This document shows positions 39,881 through 51,001 of a DNA stretch of 64,000 bases, piece by piece (the stretch's first letter is position 1; the number at the start of each line of letters is the position of its first letter). The stretch is taken from contig CAWEXU010000004.1 of the NCBI GenBank assembly GCA_963813075.1, forward strand, positions 32,001-96,000. Direction: 5' to 3'. The translations under genes and the position numbers were made by a program. This stretch comes from Methanotrichaceae archaeon (GTDB taxonomy: Archaea; Halobacteriota; Methanosarcinia; Methanotrichales; Methanotrichaceae). A model generated the notes under the pieces. It was not told where the DNA came from and did not search any database. It was given only the letters and a program-made list of their open reading frames with translations.

Positions 39881-42544
39881 TCATCTCAATCCAGAGAGGA
39901 TCTTTTTCATCACCTCTGCCGCCACTATCACCAGCAATCCCGTTGTCAGGATGAGAATCCAGCTCTCAGATGTAAGCGGCCGGGTCTCGAATATGAACTG
40001 CATGAAAGGAATGTAGACCACCGCCAGTATGGACAGAATTGAGGCCGCGATTCCCATGAGCAGGGTCTTGTTCCCCAGAGGATTCATCCTGAAGACGGAC
40101 TCCTGCAAAGAGCGGCTGCTGTAGGCATTGTAAACCGTGAAAAAGCCCAGGCCCACGAAGGCCACCGTCCGGGCATAGCTCACATCGGGATTCGATTGCA
40201 GAGTTAGTATGTACATCCCCAGTGTCCCGGCCACAATGGCGGCGGCGATTCCCAGGGTATAGATCATCAGAGAGCGGGAGGGCATCGATTCCTTGGGATC
40301 ACGTGGCTTTCTTTTCATGATATCGGAGTGAGAGGGTTCTAATGCCAGGCCGATGGCGGGAAACTCCTCTGCCACCACATTGATCCACAGGATCTGGGCG
40401 GCGAGGAGAGGGAGAGGAAATCCCAGGGCAACGGCGAAGAAGATGGTGGCCAGCTCGGCAAAACTGACCGAGAGGAGATAGGAGGTGCCTTTTCGGATAT
40501 TGTCGAAGATCCGCCTCCCCTCCTCGATGGCGCTGACGATGGTGGCGAAGTTGTCGTCAGCGATCACCATATCGGAGGCCTCTTTGGTGACCTCGGTCCC
40601 CGTCCGGCCCATAGCCACGCCGATATCGGCAGCAGTCAGAGCAGGGGCGTCGTTTACCCCGTCCCCGGTCATGGCCACGATATGGCCTCTTGCTTTCAGG
40701 GCCTCCACTATGCGCACCTTGTGCTCTGCGGTGACCCGGGCGAATACGGATACCTCATCTATGTGCTCACGCAGATCCTCGGCGCTCATCCGGTCCAGCT
40801 GGACCCCCTCGATCACCTCTCCGTTGCCTATACCCAGCTCTTTGCCGATGGCCCTGGCGGTCAGGCGGTGGTCTCCGGTGATCATAACCGTCCTGATGCC
40901 CGCCATCTTGCTGATTCTTATCGCCTCAGGGACCTCCTTTCTCGGCGGGTCCATCATGCCGGTCAGGCCGGCGAAGATCAGCCCGGACTCTATTAAATCG
41001 ATGCTGTCAGCTTCTGCAGGATCGTTGATAGATATGGGCTTCCAGGCGAGAGCTAAAACCCGCAGAGCGTTCTCTGCCATATCGTCCGCCTCTGCCAGGA
41101 TCCTTCTTTTATCCTCGTCCGTCAGGGTCTTGGTCCCATTGGGGCTGATGGTTTCTGTGCAGTGGCTCAGCACCACCTCTGGAGCACCTTTCATGGAGAC
41201 GACATGGCCCTCTCGCTTCACCTCGTCGACGGTGGTCATCCTCATGCGCTCGGAGTCAAAGGGGTACTCAATGAACCTGATGCTGCCGTCTTTTATCTTA
41301 TCGAGAATCGCTGCCTTCCTGGCGGCCACGATCAGCGCTCCCTCTGTGGGATCGCCCACCACACGCCAGCCGCCATTGGCCTTCTCTATGGCAGAGTTGT
41401 TGGCATGCACTCCAATCTTGAGAATTCTCGCCAGGTCCTCTTCTGTGGGGTCAAGCTTTGCTCCATTGGAGGTGAACTGGCCGACTGGATCGTATCCAGC
41501 TCCTGTGACCTCGATCTTTCTGTAGGTGCGAATCTCCCGGAGGGTCATCTCTCCTGTGGTCAGGGTGCCGGTCTTATCGGTGCAGATCACCGTGGTCGAG
41601 CCCAGAGTCTCCACCTCAGGGAGCCTTCTGATGATGGCGTTCTTCTTTGCCATGGCCTGGGTTCCAAAGGCCAGGGCCAGTGTGACTATGAAAGGAAGGG
41701 CTTCAGGGATGCCGGCTACCGCCAGGGCGATGGAGGCGATGAGGGCATCTATGACCGGCAACCCCCGGCTTAACATGAGGATGAAGACGATCGCCGATAT
41801 CACCATCACTAAAAAGGCCTGCCTCTTCGCCAGCTGCTGGAGCTTGATCTTGAGAGGAGGCTCCGACTGCTCCTGCTTCATCAGGCCGGAGATCAATCCC
41901 AGCTCTGTGCTGCGACCGGTGGCGGTGACTATTGCCCGGCAGTTGCCCTGAGAAACTATGGTCCCCATGAAGACCATATTCTTCCGGTCTGCCAGCGCTA
42001 TATCCTCGGGCAGGGGCAGGGCCAATTTCTCCACCGGCATGGACTCTCCGGTTAAAGAGGACTCGATGACCTGAAGGGAGGTCACCTCCAGGATGCGGCC
42101 ATCGGCTGGTACCTTATCCCCTGCCTCCAGGAAGACCACGTCTCCTGGAACAAGGTCTGCAGCTGGGATGGCGCTCATCCTGCCGTCTCTGATCACATCC
42201 GCCTCCGGGGCCACCATCTCCCTCAGCGCCTCCATGGCCTTCTCCGCCTTGTACTCCTGGACGAAGCCGATGATGGCAACCAAAACGACGATCCCTAAAA
42301 TGACATAGGCATTGGTGGTCTCTCCGGCGATAAAAGATATGATAGCGGCAAATACCAGCACCAGGACCATATAATCTTTGAACTTGCCGATGAAGATTTT
42401 CAATGGGGAGGGTTTGGTGGGGCTCTCAAGCTGATTGGGGCCGTGCTGGGAGAGCCTCTCTTTTGCCTGCTCTGAGCTTATGCCTTTCAGGTCAGAATCC
42501 AGCTTGGATAAGACCTCTTCCGTTGTCATTGTGTGCCAGTTCAC
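39881..42544 (-). CDS. P-type (IIA-like) cation-transporting ATPase
   Basis: TGES, PEAL, DKTGTLT, KGAPE, TGDGVND. Confidence 0.95.
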   Translation of the reverse strand: MNWHTMTTEEVLSKLDSDLKGISSEQAKERLSQHGPNQLESPTKPSPLKIFIGKFKDYMVLVLVFAAIISFIAGETTNAYVILGIVVLVAIIGFVQEYKAEKAMEALREMVAPEADVIRDGRMSAIPAADLVPGDVVFLEAGDKVPADGRILEVTSLQVIESSLTGESMPVEKLALPLPEDIALADRKNMVFMGTIVSQGNCRAIVTATGRSTELGLISGLMKQEQSEPPLKIKLQQLAKRQAFLVMVISAIVFILMLSRGLPVIDALIASIALAVAGIPEALPFIVTLALAFGTQAMAKKNAIIRRLPEVETLGSTTVICTDKTGTLTTGEMTLREIRTYRKIEVTGAGYDPVGQFTSNGAKLDPTEEDLARILKIGVHANNSAIEKANGGWRVVGDPTEGALIVAARKAAILDKIKDGSIRFIEYPFDSERMRMTTVDEVKREGHVVSMKGAPEVVLSHCTETISPNGTKTLTDEDKRRILAEADDMAENALRVLALAWKPISINDPAEADSIDLIESGLIFAGLTGMMDPPRKEVPEAIRISKMAGIRTVMITGDHRLTARAIGKELGIGNGEVIEGVQLDRMSAEDLREHIDEVSVFARVTAEHKVRIVEALKARGHIVAMTGDGVNDAPALTAADIGVAMGRTGTEVTKEASDMVIADDNFATIVSAIEEGRRIFDNIRKGTSYLLSVSFAELATIFFAVALGFPLPLLAAQILWINVVAEEFPAIGLALEPSHSDIMKRKPRDPKESMPSRSLMIYTLGIAAAIVAGTLGMYILTLQSNPDVSYARTVAFVGLGFFTVYNAYSSRSLQESVFRMNPLGNKTLLMGIAASILSILAVVYIPFMQFIFETRPLTSESWILILTTGLLVIVAAEVMKKILSGLR

Positions 42545-42861
42545 AGTTTTTCAGACCCCTATCGCATTGGGATAAAGGAGAGTCCGTCAATTGTAGAAAT
42601 ACTTAACGCTGATTATTCTGGAATCCTGAGACTATTCAATTTTTCCTTTATCAGGGCGGCCCTTCGACAGGTTTATGTATCATCAGTCTAACCGAAAAAA
42701 ACGTGCCTCTGAATACATCAAAGATCCCAATTATCAATTACAGAACCATGCTCTCAAAGCAGCAGAGGCTGGCATTGGGAGTCTGGAGCCACACAGTCTT
42801 TTCTTTCTTTTGAGGGCAACTGGCAGTTGCCCGGAAAATCAATCAGAGCAGGGACGATACT

Positions 42862-44370
42862 ATGCCATCAGATTTATCGGATAACGAGTTTCTGGTGCTG
42901 AAAGCGATATCAGAAGGACTTTCAGATCCAGGGAGCATTGCCCAAAAGCGGCAGATGAAGATCGAGACGGCCCGAGCGGCAGCAGACCTGCTGGCAGAAC
43001 AGGGCCTGATCCAGGTGGATAAGTCGGTGAATGAGACCTTCTCCCTCACCGATGAGGGGACAGCTTATGCCCGGGAGGGGCTGCCGGAAAGAAGGCTCCT
43101 TCAGTCTTTGGGAGGAGGTATGTCCATGTCCGAGCTGAAGGACCCTGCCCTCAAGATCGGCCTGGGCTGGCTGCGCAAGAAAGGCTGGGCGGTGATCGAG
43201 GGGGGGATGATCAAACCCCTGAAAGATGCCGCCAGGGGCGAGGACGAAGAGATACTGGAGGCTCTAAGAGATGGGGCCGTCTCCAATCCCAATTGGGGCG
43301 AGAAGGTTTTGGCCGCATTGAAGAGCCGGGGGCTTGTCACCTCCAGCAAGAGCAAGGAGTGGCGCTATATCATCACCGATGCCGGCGACCTGGCGATAAA
43401 GGAGTTCGAGCCGAAATATTCCGGCATAAAGAAAGCGGTACTGGATATGCCGGCTCTCACCTCTGAAATGATAAAGTCAGGGGAGTGGCGGGATGACATG
43501 GACGGTTTATCCCTGTGCTACCAGGGCTCAGTTTATCGCCCTCGCCCCTATGACGTCACTCTCCCAGCCGACCGGATCTTTCCCGGAAAGAGGCATCCCT
43601 ACCAGCGGCTGATCGATAACATGCGGGAGATCATGCTGGAGATGGGATTTGTGGAGATCAAGGGGCCGATCGTCCAGACCAGCTTCTGGAACTTCGATGC
43701 GCTATTCCAACCGCAGGACCACCCGGCCAGGGAGATGCAGGACACCTTCTATCTGAATAGCCTTGGGGATATCCCCGATTATGCCCTCGTCAAAGAGATG
43801 CATGAATGCGGCGGCAGCGTCGGGTCGACCGGATGGGGAGGCTGCTGGAGCCCGGAGGTGGCCCGGCAGGAGGTATTGCGCACCCATACCACCGGGGTGA
43901 CGATCAAGTACCTGGCCGAGCATCCTCAGCCGCCGGTCAAGGCCTTCGGAATCGATCGGGTCTACCGGCGGGAGGCGATAGACTCCACCCATACCCCGGA
44001 GTTCGAGCAGCTGGAGGGAATAGTGATGGACGAGAGCGTGACCTTCTGCCACCTCCTGGGCATCTTGAAGGAGTTTTATGGAAAGATGGGATTTGAGGAG
44101 GTGCGCTTCCGTCCCGGCTACTTCCCCTACACCGAGCCCTCAGTCGAGCCCGAGGTCTATATCGACGGCCTGGGATGGGTGGAGCTGGGAGGAGCAGGGG
44201 TGTTCAGAAAGGAGGTTACCGCCCCATTCGGCATCGATCATCCCGTTTTGGCCTGGGGCCTGGGGGTCTCCAGGGTGGCCATGCTCAGGCTGGGGCTGAA
44301 GGACCTGAGGCTGCTCTATCAATCGGATATCGAATGGCTGCGCCAGACGCCTGTTTCCATCAAGCTGTGA
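42862..44370 (+). CDS. pheS: Phenylalanyl-tRNA synthetase alpha
   Basis: WNFDALFQPQDHPAREMQDTF, LRTHTT, YFPYTEPS. Confidence 0.97.
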   Translation: MPSDLSDNEFLVLKAISEGLSDPGSIAQKRQMKIETARAAADLLAEQGLIQVDKSVNETFSLTDEGTAYAREGLPERRLLQSLGGGMSMSELKDPALKIGLGWLRKKGWAVIEGGMIKPLKDAARGEDEEILEALRDGAVSNPNWGEKVLAALKSRGLVTSSKSKEWRYIITDAGDLAIKEFEPKYSGIKKAVLDMPALTSEMIKSGEWRDDMDGLSLCYQGSVYRPRPYDVTLPADRIFPGKRHPYQRLIDNMREIMLEMGFVEIKGPIVQTSFWNFDALFQPQDHPAREMQDTFYLNSLGDIPDYALVKEMHECGGSVGSTGWGGCWSPEVARQEVLRTHTTGVTIKYLAEHPQPPVKAFGIDRVYRREAIDSTHTPEFEQLEGIVMDESVTFCHLLGILKEFYGKMGFEEVRFRPGYFPYTEPSVEPEVYIDGLGWVELGGAGVFRKEVTAPFGIDHPVLAWGLGVSRVAMLRLGLKDLRLLYQSDIEWLRQTPVSIKL

Positions 44371-44380
44371 GGAGTATACC

Positions 44381-46030
44381 ATGCCCGTTGTCAGACTTTA
44401 TTATCAGGATATGGAGAGGCTGATTGGCGCCTCTCAAGAGACGATCATGAATAGGCTTGCCATGATGGGTGCAGACATAGGAAAAAGGGCGGAGGAGGAG
44501 CATGTGGATGTGGAGTTCTTCCCCGACCGGCCCGACCTCTACAGCTCGGAGGGGGTGGCCAGAGCGATGCAGGGTTTCCTGGGGATCAAGACCGGTCTGG
44601 TCGAGTATGCCGTTGAAAAGGGCCCGGTGGTCCTGCAGGTGGAGGAGTCGGTAAAATCGGTTCGCCCTCTGATCGGCTGCGCCGTTGTTCGTGGTCTGGA
44701 GTTTACCAGTGAGGCCATCGAGTCCCTGATGGGGCTGCAGGAGGACCTGCACTGGGGGCTGGGCCGGAACCGGCGGAAGGTGGCCATCGGCGTGCACGAC
44801 ATATCTAGGGTCAGGCCCCCATTCCGCTACTTCGGCGAGAGCCCTCTGCGCCGGTTCGTCCCCCTGGACTATAGCGAGGAGATGACCATGGAGGAGATCC
44901 TGCAGAATCACCCCAAAGGAAAGGATTACGGCCATATCCTGAAGGGCTGCCCGGTCTATCCCCTGATTGTGGATGCAGATGATCAGGTTCTGTCCTTCCC
45001 GCCGATCATCAATGGCGAATTGACCAGCGTCACCGAGGAGACAAGGGATCTCTTCATCGATGTCACCGGGACTGACCCTGTGGTCCACAAGGCCCTGAAC
45101 ATCGTGGTCACCTCTCTCGCCGAGAGGGGTGGAAAGATAGAGAGCGTTCTGGTGAAGAGGAGCGATGGCGACCTTATCAGCCCGGACCTCAGCCCCGCCA
45201 GCTGGAGGGTAAATGCTGCGGAGGCCAACCGGCTGATAGGATTCGATCTGACGGGAGCTGAGCTGGCCGAATGCCTGCAGAGGATGCGCTTTGGGGCAAA
45301 GGCCGCCGGCGAAGAGGGGATGGAGGATATGGTAGAGGTTCAGGTTCCGGCCTACCGGGCAGACATTATGCACTCCTGGGACATCTTCGAGGACGCGGCC
45401 AAGGCATACGGCTATGACCATCTGGAGGCCCGGCTTCCTCAGACGGTGACCGTGGGCCGGGCTCATCCTTCTGAAATGCGCAAAGGGGAGATCAGAGAGA
45501 TCATGGCGGGCCTCGGGTACCTGGAGACCATGCCCTTCACTCTGACCAATGAGTTGGTGCACTTCCAGTGGATGCGCCGATCCAACGCTCCGGAGGTGGC
45601 GGGCGCGACAAGAGTGCTTCACCCCATAAGCGAGCTGCATACCATCCTTCGCACCTCGCTTCTCAGCTCCCTTCTGGAGATCTTCGCCCTCAATCAGCAT
45701 CATCCTCTCCCGCAGAGGATATTCGCCGCCGGGGATGTGGTGAAAGACAAGAAGACCAGGATGAATCTGGCTGCGGCATCCATTCACAGCGGGGCGAATT
45801 ATTCGGAGATCAGGTCGGTGGTGGATGCAGTCTTGAGGGAGATGGACATCGAGGCGGATATCGCTCCCACCAAAGACGGGGCTTTTATGCCGGGAAGGGG
45901 GGCGGACCTCCTCGCCAAAGGCAAAAGGATCGGCTGCTTTGGTGAGCTGCACCCCATGCTTTTGCGCAGCTTCGGCCTGGAGCAGCCGGCAGTGGGCCTG
46001 GAGCTGGAGTGGGGAACGCTGGAGCGATAG
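44381..46030 (+). CDS. pheT: Phenylalanyl-tRNA synthetase beta
   Basis: PDRPDL, QEDLH, SFPPIIN, VPAYRADI, GELHP. Confidence 0.95.
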   Translation: MPVVRLYYQDMERLIGASQETIMNRLAMMGADIGKRAEEEHVDVEFFPDRPDLYSSEGVARAMQGFLGIKTGLVEYAVEKGPVVLQVEESVKSVRPLIGCAVVRGLEFTSEAIESLMGLQEDLHWGLGRNRRKVAIGVHDISRVRPPFRYFGESPLRRFVPLDYSEEMTMEEILQNHPKGKDYGHILKGCPVYPLIVDADDQVLSFPPIINGELTSVTEETRDLFIDVTGTDPVVHKALNIVVTSLAERGGKIESVLVKRSDGDLISPDLSPASWRVNAAEANRLIGFDLTGAELAECLQRMRFGAKAAGEEGMEDMVEVQVPAYRADIMHSWDIFEDAAKAYGYDHLEARLPQTVTVGRAHPSEMRKGEIREIMAGLGYLETMPFTLTNELVHFQWMRRSNAPEVAGATRVLHPISELHTILRTSLLSSLLEIFALNQHHPLPQRIFAAGDVVKDKKTRMNLAAASIHSGANYSEIRSVVDAVLREMDIEADIAPTKDGAFMPGRGADLLAKGKRIGCFGELHPMLLRSFGLEQPAVGLELEWGTLER

Positions 46031-46204
46031 AAGGCTCCCTCTTTTTCCCCGTCGGGAGTCGCCGGCTCAGATATAACAGGTAAGATATCATTGAATTAAC
46101 ATATCCTGAGCGTCTGATTTATCTTGGTAGAGCGGCAATAGATGGATTGGAAATGCAAGACGGCGGCAATTATTCTATCTGTCCGCAAAAGGAATGGTTG
46201 TGTC

Positions 46205-46585
46205 ATGAAGGTCAGAGATTTGATGAGCTACCCCATAGTCACCGTGCGCCCGGAGGCCATGGTGCTGGATGCCATAAAGGTGATGGCCGCTCAGGAGAAA
46301 GGCAGCGTTCTGGTGGCGAAAGAGTGCCTCCTCAAGGAGTGTCTGGGCATCGTCACCACCAGCCAGGTCTTCTTGAAGGTGTTTGCCCGGGGGCTGGACC
46401 CGGCAAAGGTGAGGGTCTCGGATATCATGACTCCCGGGCCTCTGATCACCATTGATCTCGATGAATCCACCCAGAAGGCGGCGGAGCTGATGCAAAAGCA
46501 CAGGATCAGAAGGCTGCCGGTGATGAAGGAGGGGACGCTGGTGGGCATCATCACCAGCAAGGATCTTTTGGCCTGCGTGAGATGA
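46205..46585 (+). CDS. CBS-pair protein
   Basis: MKVRDLM..., IRRLPV..LVGIIT. Confidence 0.85.
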   Translation: MKVRDLMSYPIVTVRPEAMVLDAIKVMAAQEKGSVLVAKECLLKECLGIVTTSQVFLKVFARGLDPAKVRVSDIMTPGPLITIDLDESTQKAAELMQKHRIRRLPVMKEGTLVGIITSKDLLACVR

Positions 46586-46670
46586 GGGCAGGGCTTTTTG
46601 ATCTCTTATCGGTTTTGAGGGGCGAGAACGCAGATTTTAAATAGTCATAGGTTAAGTCCCCAGGGTCAGA

Positions 46671-46755
46671 GTCGAGGTCGCCTAGCCTGGTATGGCGCAG
46701 GTTTGCTAAACCTGTTCCGCTCCGCGGATCGTGGGTTCGAATCCCACCCTCGGCG
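46671..46755 (+). tRNA. tRNA-Ser(GCU)
   Basis: GTCGAGG/CCTCGGC acceptor, CAGGT-TT-GCT-AA-ACCTG, long variable arm, G discriminator. Confidence 0.95.
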
Positions 46756-47068
46756 CTCAATTTCTAAAGGCCACAGATTTGCCCACTTTGCAGTAATTTA
46801 AATTATTATGAAAATTTTTGCATTAGAACAGTTTTTCTGAGCCCACCATTGGTCATCAGCGTGCAGCTCATTCTGCAGATCCATGGATTCATAAGGTTTG
46901 CTCGATCACCTGAATGGAACCATTTCTGCCCTCTTATGCCTGAACTGAACGGTCTTCAGGGAATTTCCAGCCTGAATGGCATAAGATGATGCCGTTCGTT
47001 CGCCTCAGTTTTTAAATATCGTTCGTTCTTCGGAGGCACAAGCGGATAATCAGCAGAAGAGCTGATCT

Positions 47069-47347
47069 ATGGGGAGTCTGATGTTGAGAGCGATCAGAGA
47101 ATACTTAAAGCATAAACCATGTCTGAGGGGCCAGATCCTCGATCGGGGCGAGCTGAAGCGCGTGGCCCAGGCCTGCGGATTGAGCCCCCAGGAGGCTAGA
47201 GGTGAGCTGAGACGGCTGGGGTTCATCCTGACAAGAAACAATCACGGCCTGCCCGTCTGGACGATGCCCAGGGCTGATCGGCCGGAGGGCGGGGCCAGCA
47301 CGGAAAAGCTCAACCGACCTCAGAGAAGAGGCAGCCTGACCGGTTAA
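47069..47347 (+). CDS. Small hypothetical (wHTH-like) protein
   Basis: ELKRVAQACGLSPQEARGELRRLGF helix-turn-helix-like pattern. Confidence 0.45.
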   Translation: MGSLMLRAIREYLKHKPCLRGQILDRGELKRVAQACGLSPQEARGELRRLGFILTRNNHGLPVWTMPRADRPEGGASTEKLNRPQRRGSLTG

Positions 47348-47372
47348 AGAGAAATAGATGATTGATAGATGA

Positions 47373-48092
47373 TTGATAACTGAATATAAAAAAGATATAA
47401 GAGAGCTGAGTGCAATTACCGTACTGATAGAGCTGAAGGACATCAAGAAGACCTACCTCATCGGCAGGAGCGAGTATCCTGTTTTGAAGGGCATAGACCT
47501 GGAGATAGAGGAGGGGGAGTTTGTGGCCCTGATGGGGCCATCGGGCAGCGGCAAGTCCACCCTGCTGAACATCATCGGCTGCCTGGACCGGCCCACCAGC
47601 GGGCGCTTTCTCTTGCAGGGCACGGATATCAGCCGGACGGCGAACGAGGAGCTGGCCAGGATCCGGAGAGAGGAGATGGGATTCATCTTTCAGACCTTCA
47701 ACCTCATCGCCCGGATATCGGTCCTGCAGAATGTGGAGATCCCCATGATGCTGCGCGGCGTCCCCCGCGGGGTGAGACGGGAGAGGGCGATGAAGCTATT
47801 GGAGAGCATGGATATCGCCCACCGGGCGGACTTCGGCCCCCAGAACATCTCCGGCGGAGAGCGGCAGAGGGTGGCGATAGCCCGCGCCCTGGCCAACGAT
47901 CCTAAGATCATAATTGCCGATGAGCCCACCGGCAACCTGGACCTTAAAAACAGCAATGAGGTCATGAAGATCTTAAACCAGCTTCACCAGGAGGGCCGAA
48001 CCATCATCATGGTCACCCACAATCCGGAGATAACCGAGAACTGCAGCCGGGTCATCCGGCTCAGAGACGGACGAATCATGGAGAATTCTTAA
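47373..48092 (+). CDS. ABC transporter ATPase (LolD/MacB-like; start uncertain)
   Basis: GPSGSGKS, ISGGERQR, ADEPTGNLD, VTH. Confidence 0.95.
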   Translation: MITEYKKDIRELSAITVLIELKDIKKTYLIGRSEYPVLKGIDLEIEEGEFVALMGPSGSGKSTLLNIIGCLDRPTSGRFLLQGTDISRTANEELARIRREEMGFIFQTFNLIARISVLQNVEIPMMLRGVPRGVRRERAMKLLESMDIAHRADFGPQNISGGERQRVAIARALANDPKIIIADEPTGNLDLKNSNEVMKILNQLHQEGRTIIMVTHNPEITENCSRVIRLRDGRIMENS

Positions 48093-48984
48093 ATGAAGAG
48101 AATTTTTATATTAATTTTAATGCTGCTATTTGCCGGCCTGGCAGGAGGATACGAGTATCGTATGCCCGTGAACATCCAGAGCAGCACCAATCCTGCGGTG
48201 CTCATGCCCGGAGACGAGGCGATCCTGACCATCCAGATGCAGAACGGGGCAGCAGCCTACGGCGTGGGAAAGGATGCAGGAGTCTCCTCTTCCTCAAATG
48301 CCATTTTGTCCACTCCCATAAACCACACCACTCTGCATGGTACAACTGAGCTGGAGGTCATCGATCCAGATAGCTATGATCTGGGGATGATCGGGCCCAA
48401 TGATTCATTTCCCATCTACTACAAGATCATGGCAGGGAATAATGTGAGCAGCGGCACCTATCTGCTCGACTTTGAGGTTCAGGGAGGCTATGATATGATC
48501 ACCATCAAAAGGGAGATTCCAATCAAGGTGGATTCCTCGACGGTGAGTATGGCGATCATAGATTCTACCTCCTCTACTACTCCCTCTGCCACCCCTGCCG
48601 CGGCAACCCTGAACCTGAATGTGGCCAACCCCCGTGAGAACACCCTGAATGCCGTGACCATAGTGCCCTCTGCCCAGGGGCTGAGGTTCTCTCCGGAGAG
48701 GTACTATATCGGCACTATGGATGCGGATGAGGTCTTCACCATCAGCTTTGGAGTGCAGTCCGTGGATCCCGTCCAGAAATCCGGCCAGGGAGGCGAGCAA
48801 TATCAGCTTTGTGGCTGAGTTCAAGAACGGTGACACCTGGCACAGGTCAGAGCCTTACATCACCACCTACAGTCCGCCTGTGCAGGATGCCCGGCCGAAT
48901 AACAATCTTCTGCCCCTGGCCATTGGCGCTCTGGCCCTGCTGGCTGTTGCCGCCTACCTCTACCGCAAAAAGAGGAAAGAATGA
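48093..48984 (+). CDS. S-layer-like accessory protein with C-terminal TM anchor (frameshift ~48785)
   Basis: Signal peptide; C-terminal TM + YRKKRKE in the 48721..48984 frame. Confidence 0.75.
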
Positions 48985-50210
48985 AATTATCGGATATGCT
49001 GGAGTTCATCTCCCTGGGATTCAGAAGCGATCGCTTCAAGACGCTCATGTCCTCCCTGGGGATCATCATCGGCGTCCTGGCGATAGTGGTGATGCTCTCC
49101 GTGGGGGAAGGGCTGTACTCCGGCGTCTCCAGCCAGTTCTCCACCCTGGACCTGGATGTGATCCATGTGATTCCGGGCAGCGCTCGTTTTGGCGGGCCGG
49201 ACGGGGGGCCGGGAAGCAGAAATGCTGCCGAGCCCGCCAAGTTCACCGATAAGGACACCAAGGTGCTGGAGAATGTGGTGGGAGTAAAGAACGTCGCACC
49301 ACAGACCTCGACCGGTGTGGTGATCTCCTTTCGAAACACCAACAGCTCAGGCAGCCTAACCGGGGTGGACCCGGACAAGGAAGAGGACCTGAAGGATGAG
49401 GTGGCACAGGGTCGGTGGCTCACCGGCTCGGACTACAAGTCGATAGTGATCAGCAATGGCATATCCCAGGAGATGTTTCGCATGAAGGTCACCCCGGGGA
49501 ACAAGATCCGGCTGTACTATCGGGACCGGCCCATGGACTTCACCGTGGTGGGGGTGCTGGGAGAAGAGGAGGATACGGGCTTTGGCGGCGGAGCAGGGTG
49601 GGGGGCGGACAATGCCATGTACATCACCCATAAGGCAATGGACGAGCTCCTGGCGGAGGAGAACTACTACTATGACACCTTTCAGGTCACCGTCTATGAT
49701 CCCGATCAGGCGGACTTTATAATCGATCGAATCATGAACGACCTCAAGAGATATCATAAAGACGAGGCCTATGATGCCACCACCGCCCGGGATATGCTCA
49801 GCACCCTGATGACCACCCTCTCCATGATCAAGTACGCCCTGGCCGGAATTGGGGCCATATCCCTGCTGGTGGGAGGGATTGGCATCGCCAATGTGATGAT
49901 GCTCACCGTAAAGGAGAGGATCAGGGAGATCGGGACTCTGCTCGCCCTGGGGGCAACGGTAGAGGACATCCGCAGGCAGTATCTGCTGGAGGCCGGAGTC
50001 CTGGGGGTGGTCTCAAGCCTGATAGGGATAATCTTAGGGGTGGGAGCCTCCTATCTCATTGGCTCGCTGGCCGGTCTGCCCTCGTCCGTAACCCCGGAGT
50101 CGATAATACTGGGCATTCTGTTCGGGGTTCTCACCACCACCATCGCCGGCTTTTATCCGGCGAACAAAGCGGCAAAGCTCGATCCAATAGAGGCATTGCG
50201 GGCGGAATGA
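48981..50210 (+). CDS. ABC permease (MacB/FtsX-like)
   Basis: LGIIIGV, GGIGIANVM..ERIREIG, AAKLDPIEALR. Confidence 0.95.
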   Translation: MKLSDMLEFISLGFRSDRFKTLMSSLGIIIGVLAIVVMLSVGEGLYSGVSSQFSTLDLDVIHVIPGSARFGGPDGGPGSRNAAEPAKFTDKDTKVLENVVGVKNVAPQTSTGVVISFRNTNSSGSLTGVDPDKEEDLKDEVAQGRWLTGSDYKSIVISNGISQEMFRMKVTPGNKIRLYYRDRPMDFTVVGVLGEEEDTGFGGGAGWGADNAMYITHKAMDELLAEENYYYDTFQVTVYDPDQADFIIDRIMNDLKRYHKDEAYDATTARDMLSTLMTTLSMIKYALAGIGAISLLVGGIGIANVMMLTVKERIREIGTLLALGATVEDIRRQYLLEAGVLGVVSSLIGIILGVGASYLIGSLAGLPSSVTPESIILGILFGVLTTTIAGFYPANKAAKLDPIEALRAE

Positions 50211-50331
50211 TCTACCCTTCTGGAAAATCGGTTATCGGTATGAAAAATTCAGCTCATAGCAGGATCGACCGCAAGAGTCGCTATCAGAGTCTTAAATACT
50301 ATGAAGATATAGCACTTTCAAGGGGAAGTCC

Positions 50332-50652
50332 ATGGATTCCAGCAAGCAAAAAGCCATTGATGAGTTCATTAAGAGGGCGACTCAGTCTTACGGAGACCAA
50401 ATCCGGAGCATCACTCTCTTTGGCTCTGTTGCTAGGGGCACAGATCGGCCTGACTCGGATATCGATCTTTTGGTGGTGGTGGACAGAGAGGACTTCCGGC
50501 TGCGTCGAGAGCTGATCGGCCTGACATTCGATATTCTGCTGGAAACAGGAGAAGATATCTCGGTGAGGGTTCTCTCCCAGAATGACTTTGAAGCCAAAAG
50601 GTCTTTCTCCTTCTTGAGTAACGTCCTATCCGAGGGTATCAAGATTGCCTGA
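50332..50652 (+). CDS. Minimal nucleotidyltransferase (MNT antitoxin)
   Basis: LFGSVARG...SDIDLLVV. Confidence 0.9.
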   Translation: MDSSKQKAIDEFIKRATQSYGDQIRSITLFGSVARGTDRPDSDIDLLVVVDREDFRLRRELIGLTFDILLETGEDISVRVLSQNDFEAKRSFSFLSNVLSEGIKIA

Positions 50653-50695
50653 AGATTGAAAAAAGCCACTTAGCAATCACGGAAGCGGAAGAGTC
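50645..50695 (+). pseudogene. 5' stub of probable HEPN toxin gene
   Basis: LKIEKSHLAITEAEES overlapping the MNT stop, cut at 50696. Confidence 0.45.
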
Positions 50696-51001
50696 GTCAA
50701 CTACCGCGTCCTGAAGGGCGCGGCTTGCGACTACGCAAAAAGTCGTGTCGCGTTTGGCCGGTTGACACAAGACTAGCGAAGTCCTGAGGGATCATAGATT
50801 TCTCTCTACCCTGGCGACCTGCTTTGCATGGAGATCTTAACGCCGTTGTTGCCGAATCTTTCCATTCGGCTCAGATCATCCCCTTACAGGAATCATGCCG
50901 CGCAAAGCGATTTGTCTTTCATTCACCGTCTTACTCCGGTAGATCCGGAGTGCCCTACCTCATAGAGGCGAAAGACTGTTGCCCGAGTGCATCGGGGAAC
51001 T
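50696..51001 (-). ncRNA. Protein-free IS605 right-end derivative / candidate stand-alone TnpB omegaRNA
   Basis: 69/72 nt identical to 23230-23301; the remainder is nested helices; TATA-like box upstream. Confidence 0.7.

Noticed and set aside
44360..45952. Long antisense ORFs (530 aa opposite pheT; also 34980..36071, 40485..41525, 13031..13783)
   Set aside because: Shadow ORFs of GC-rich genes with no recognisable motifs.
46756..47350. Integrated element at tRNA-Ser (or at tRNA-Gln 22756)
   Set aside because: No integrase and no duplicated tRNA 3' end found in the window.
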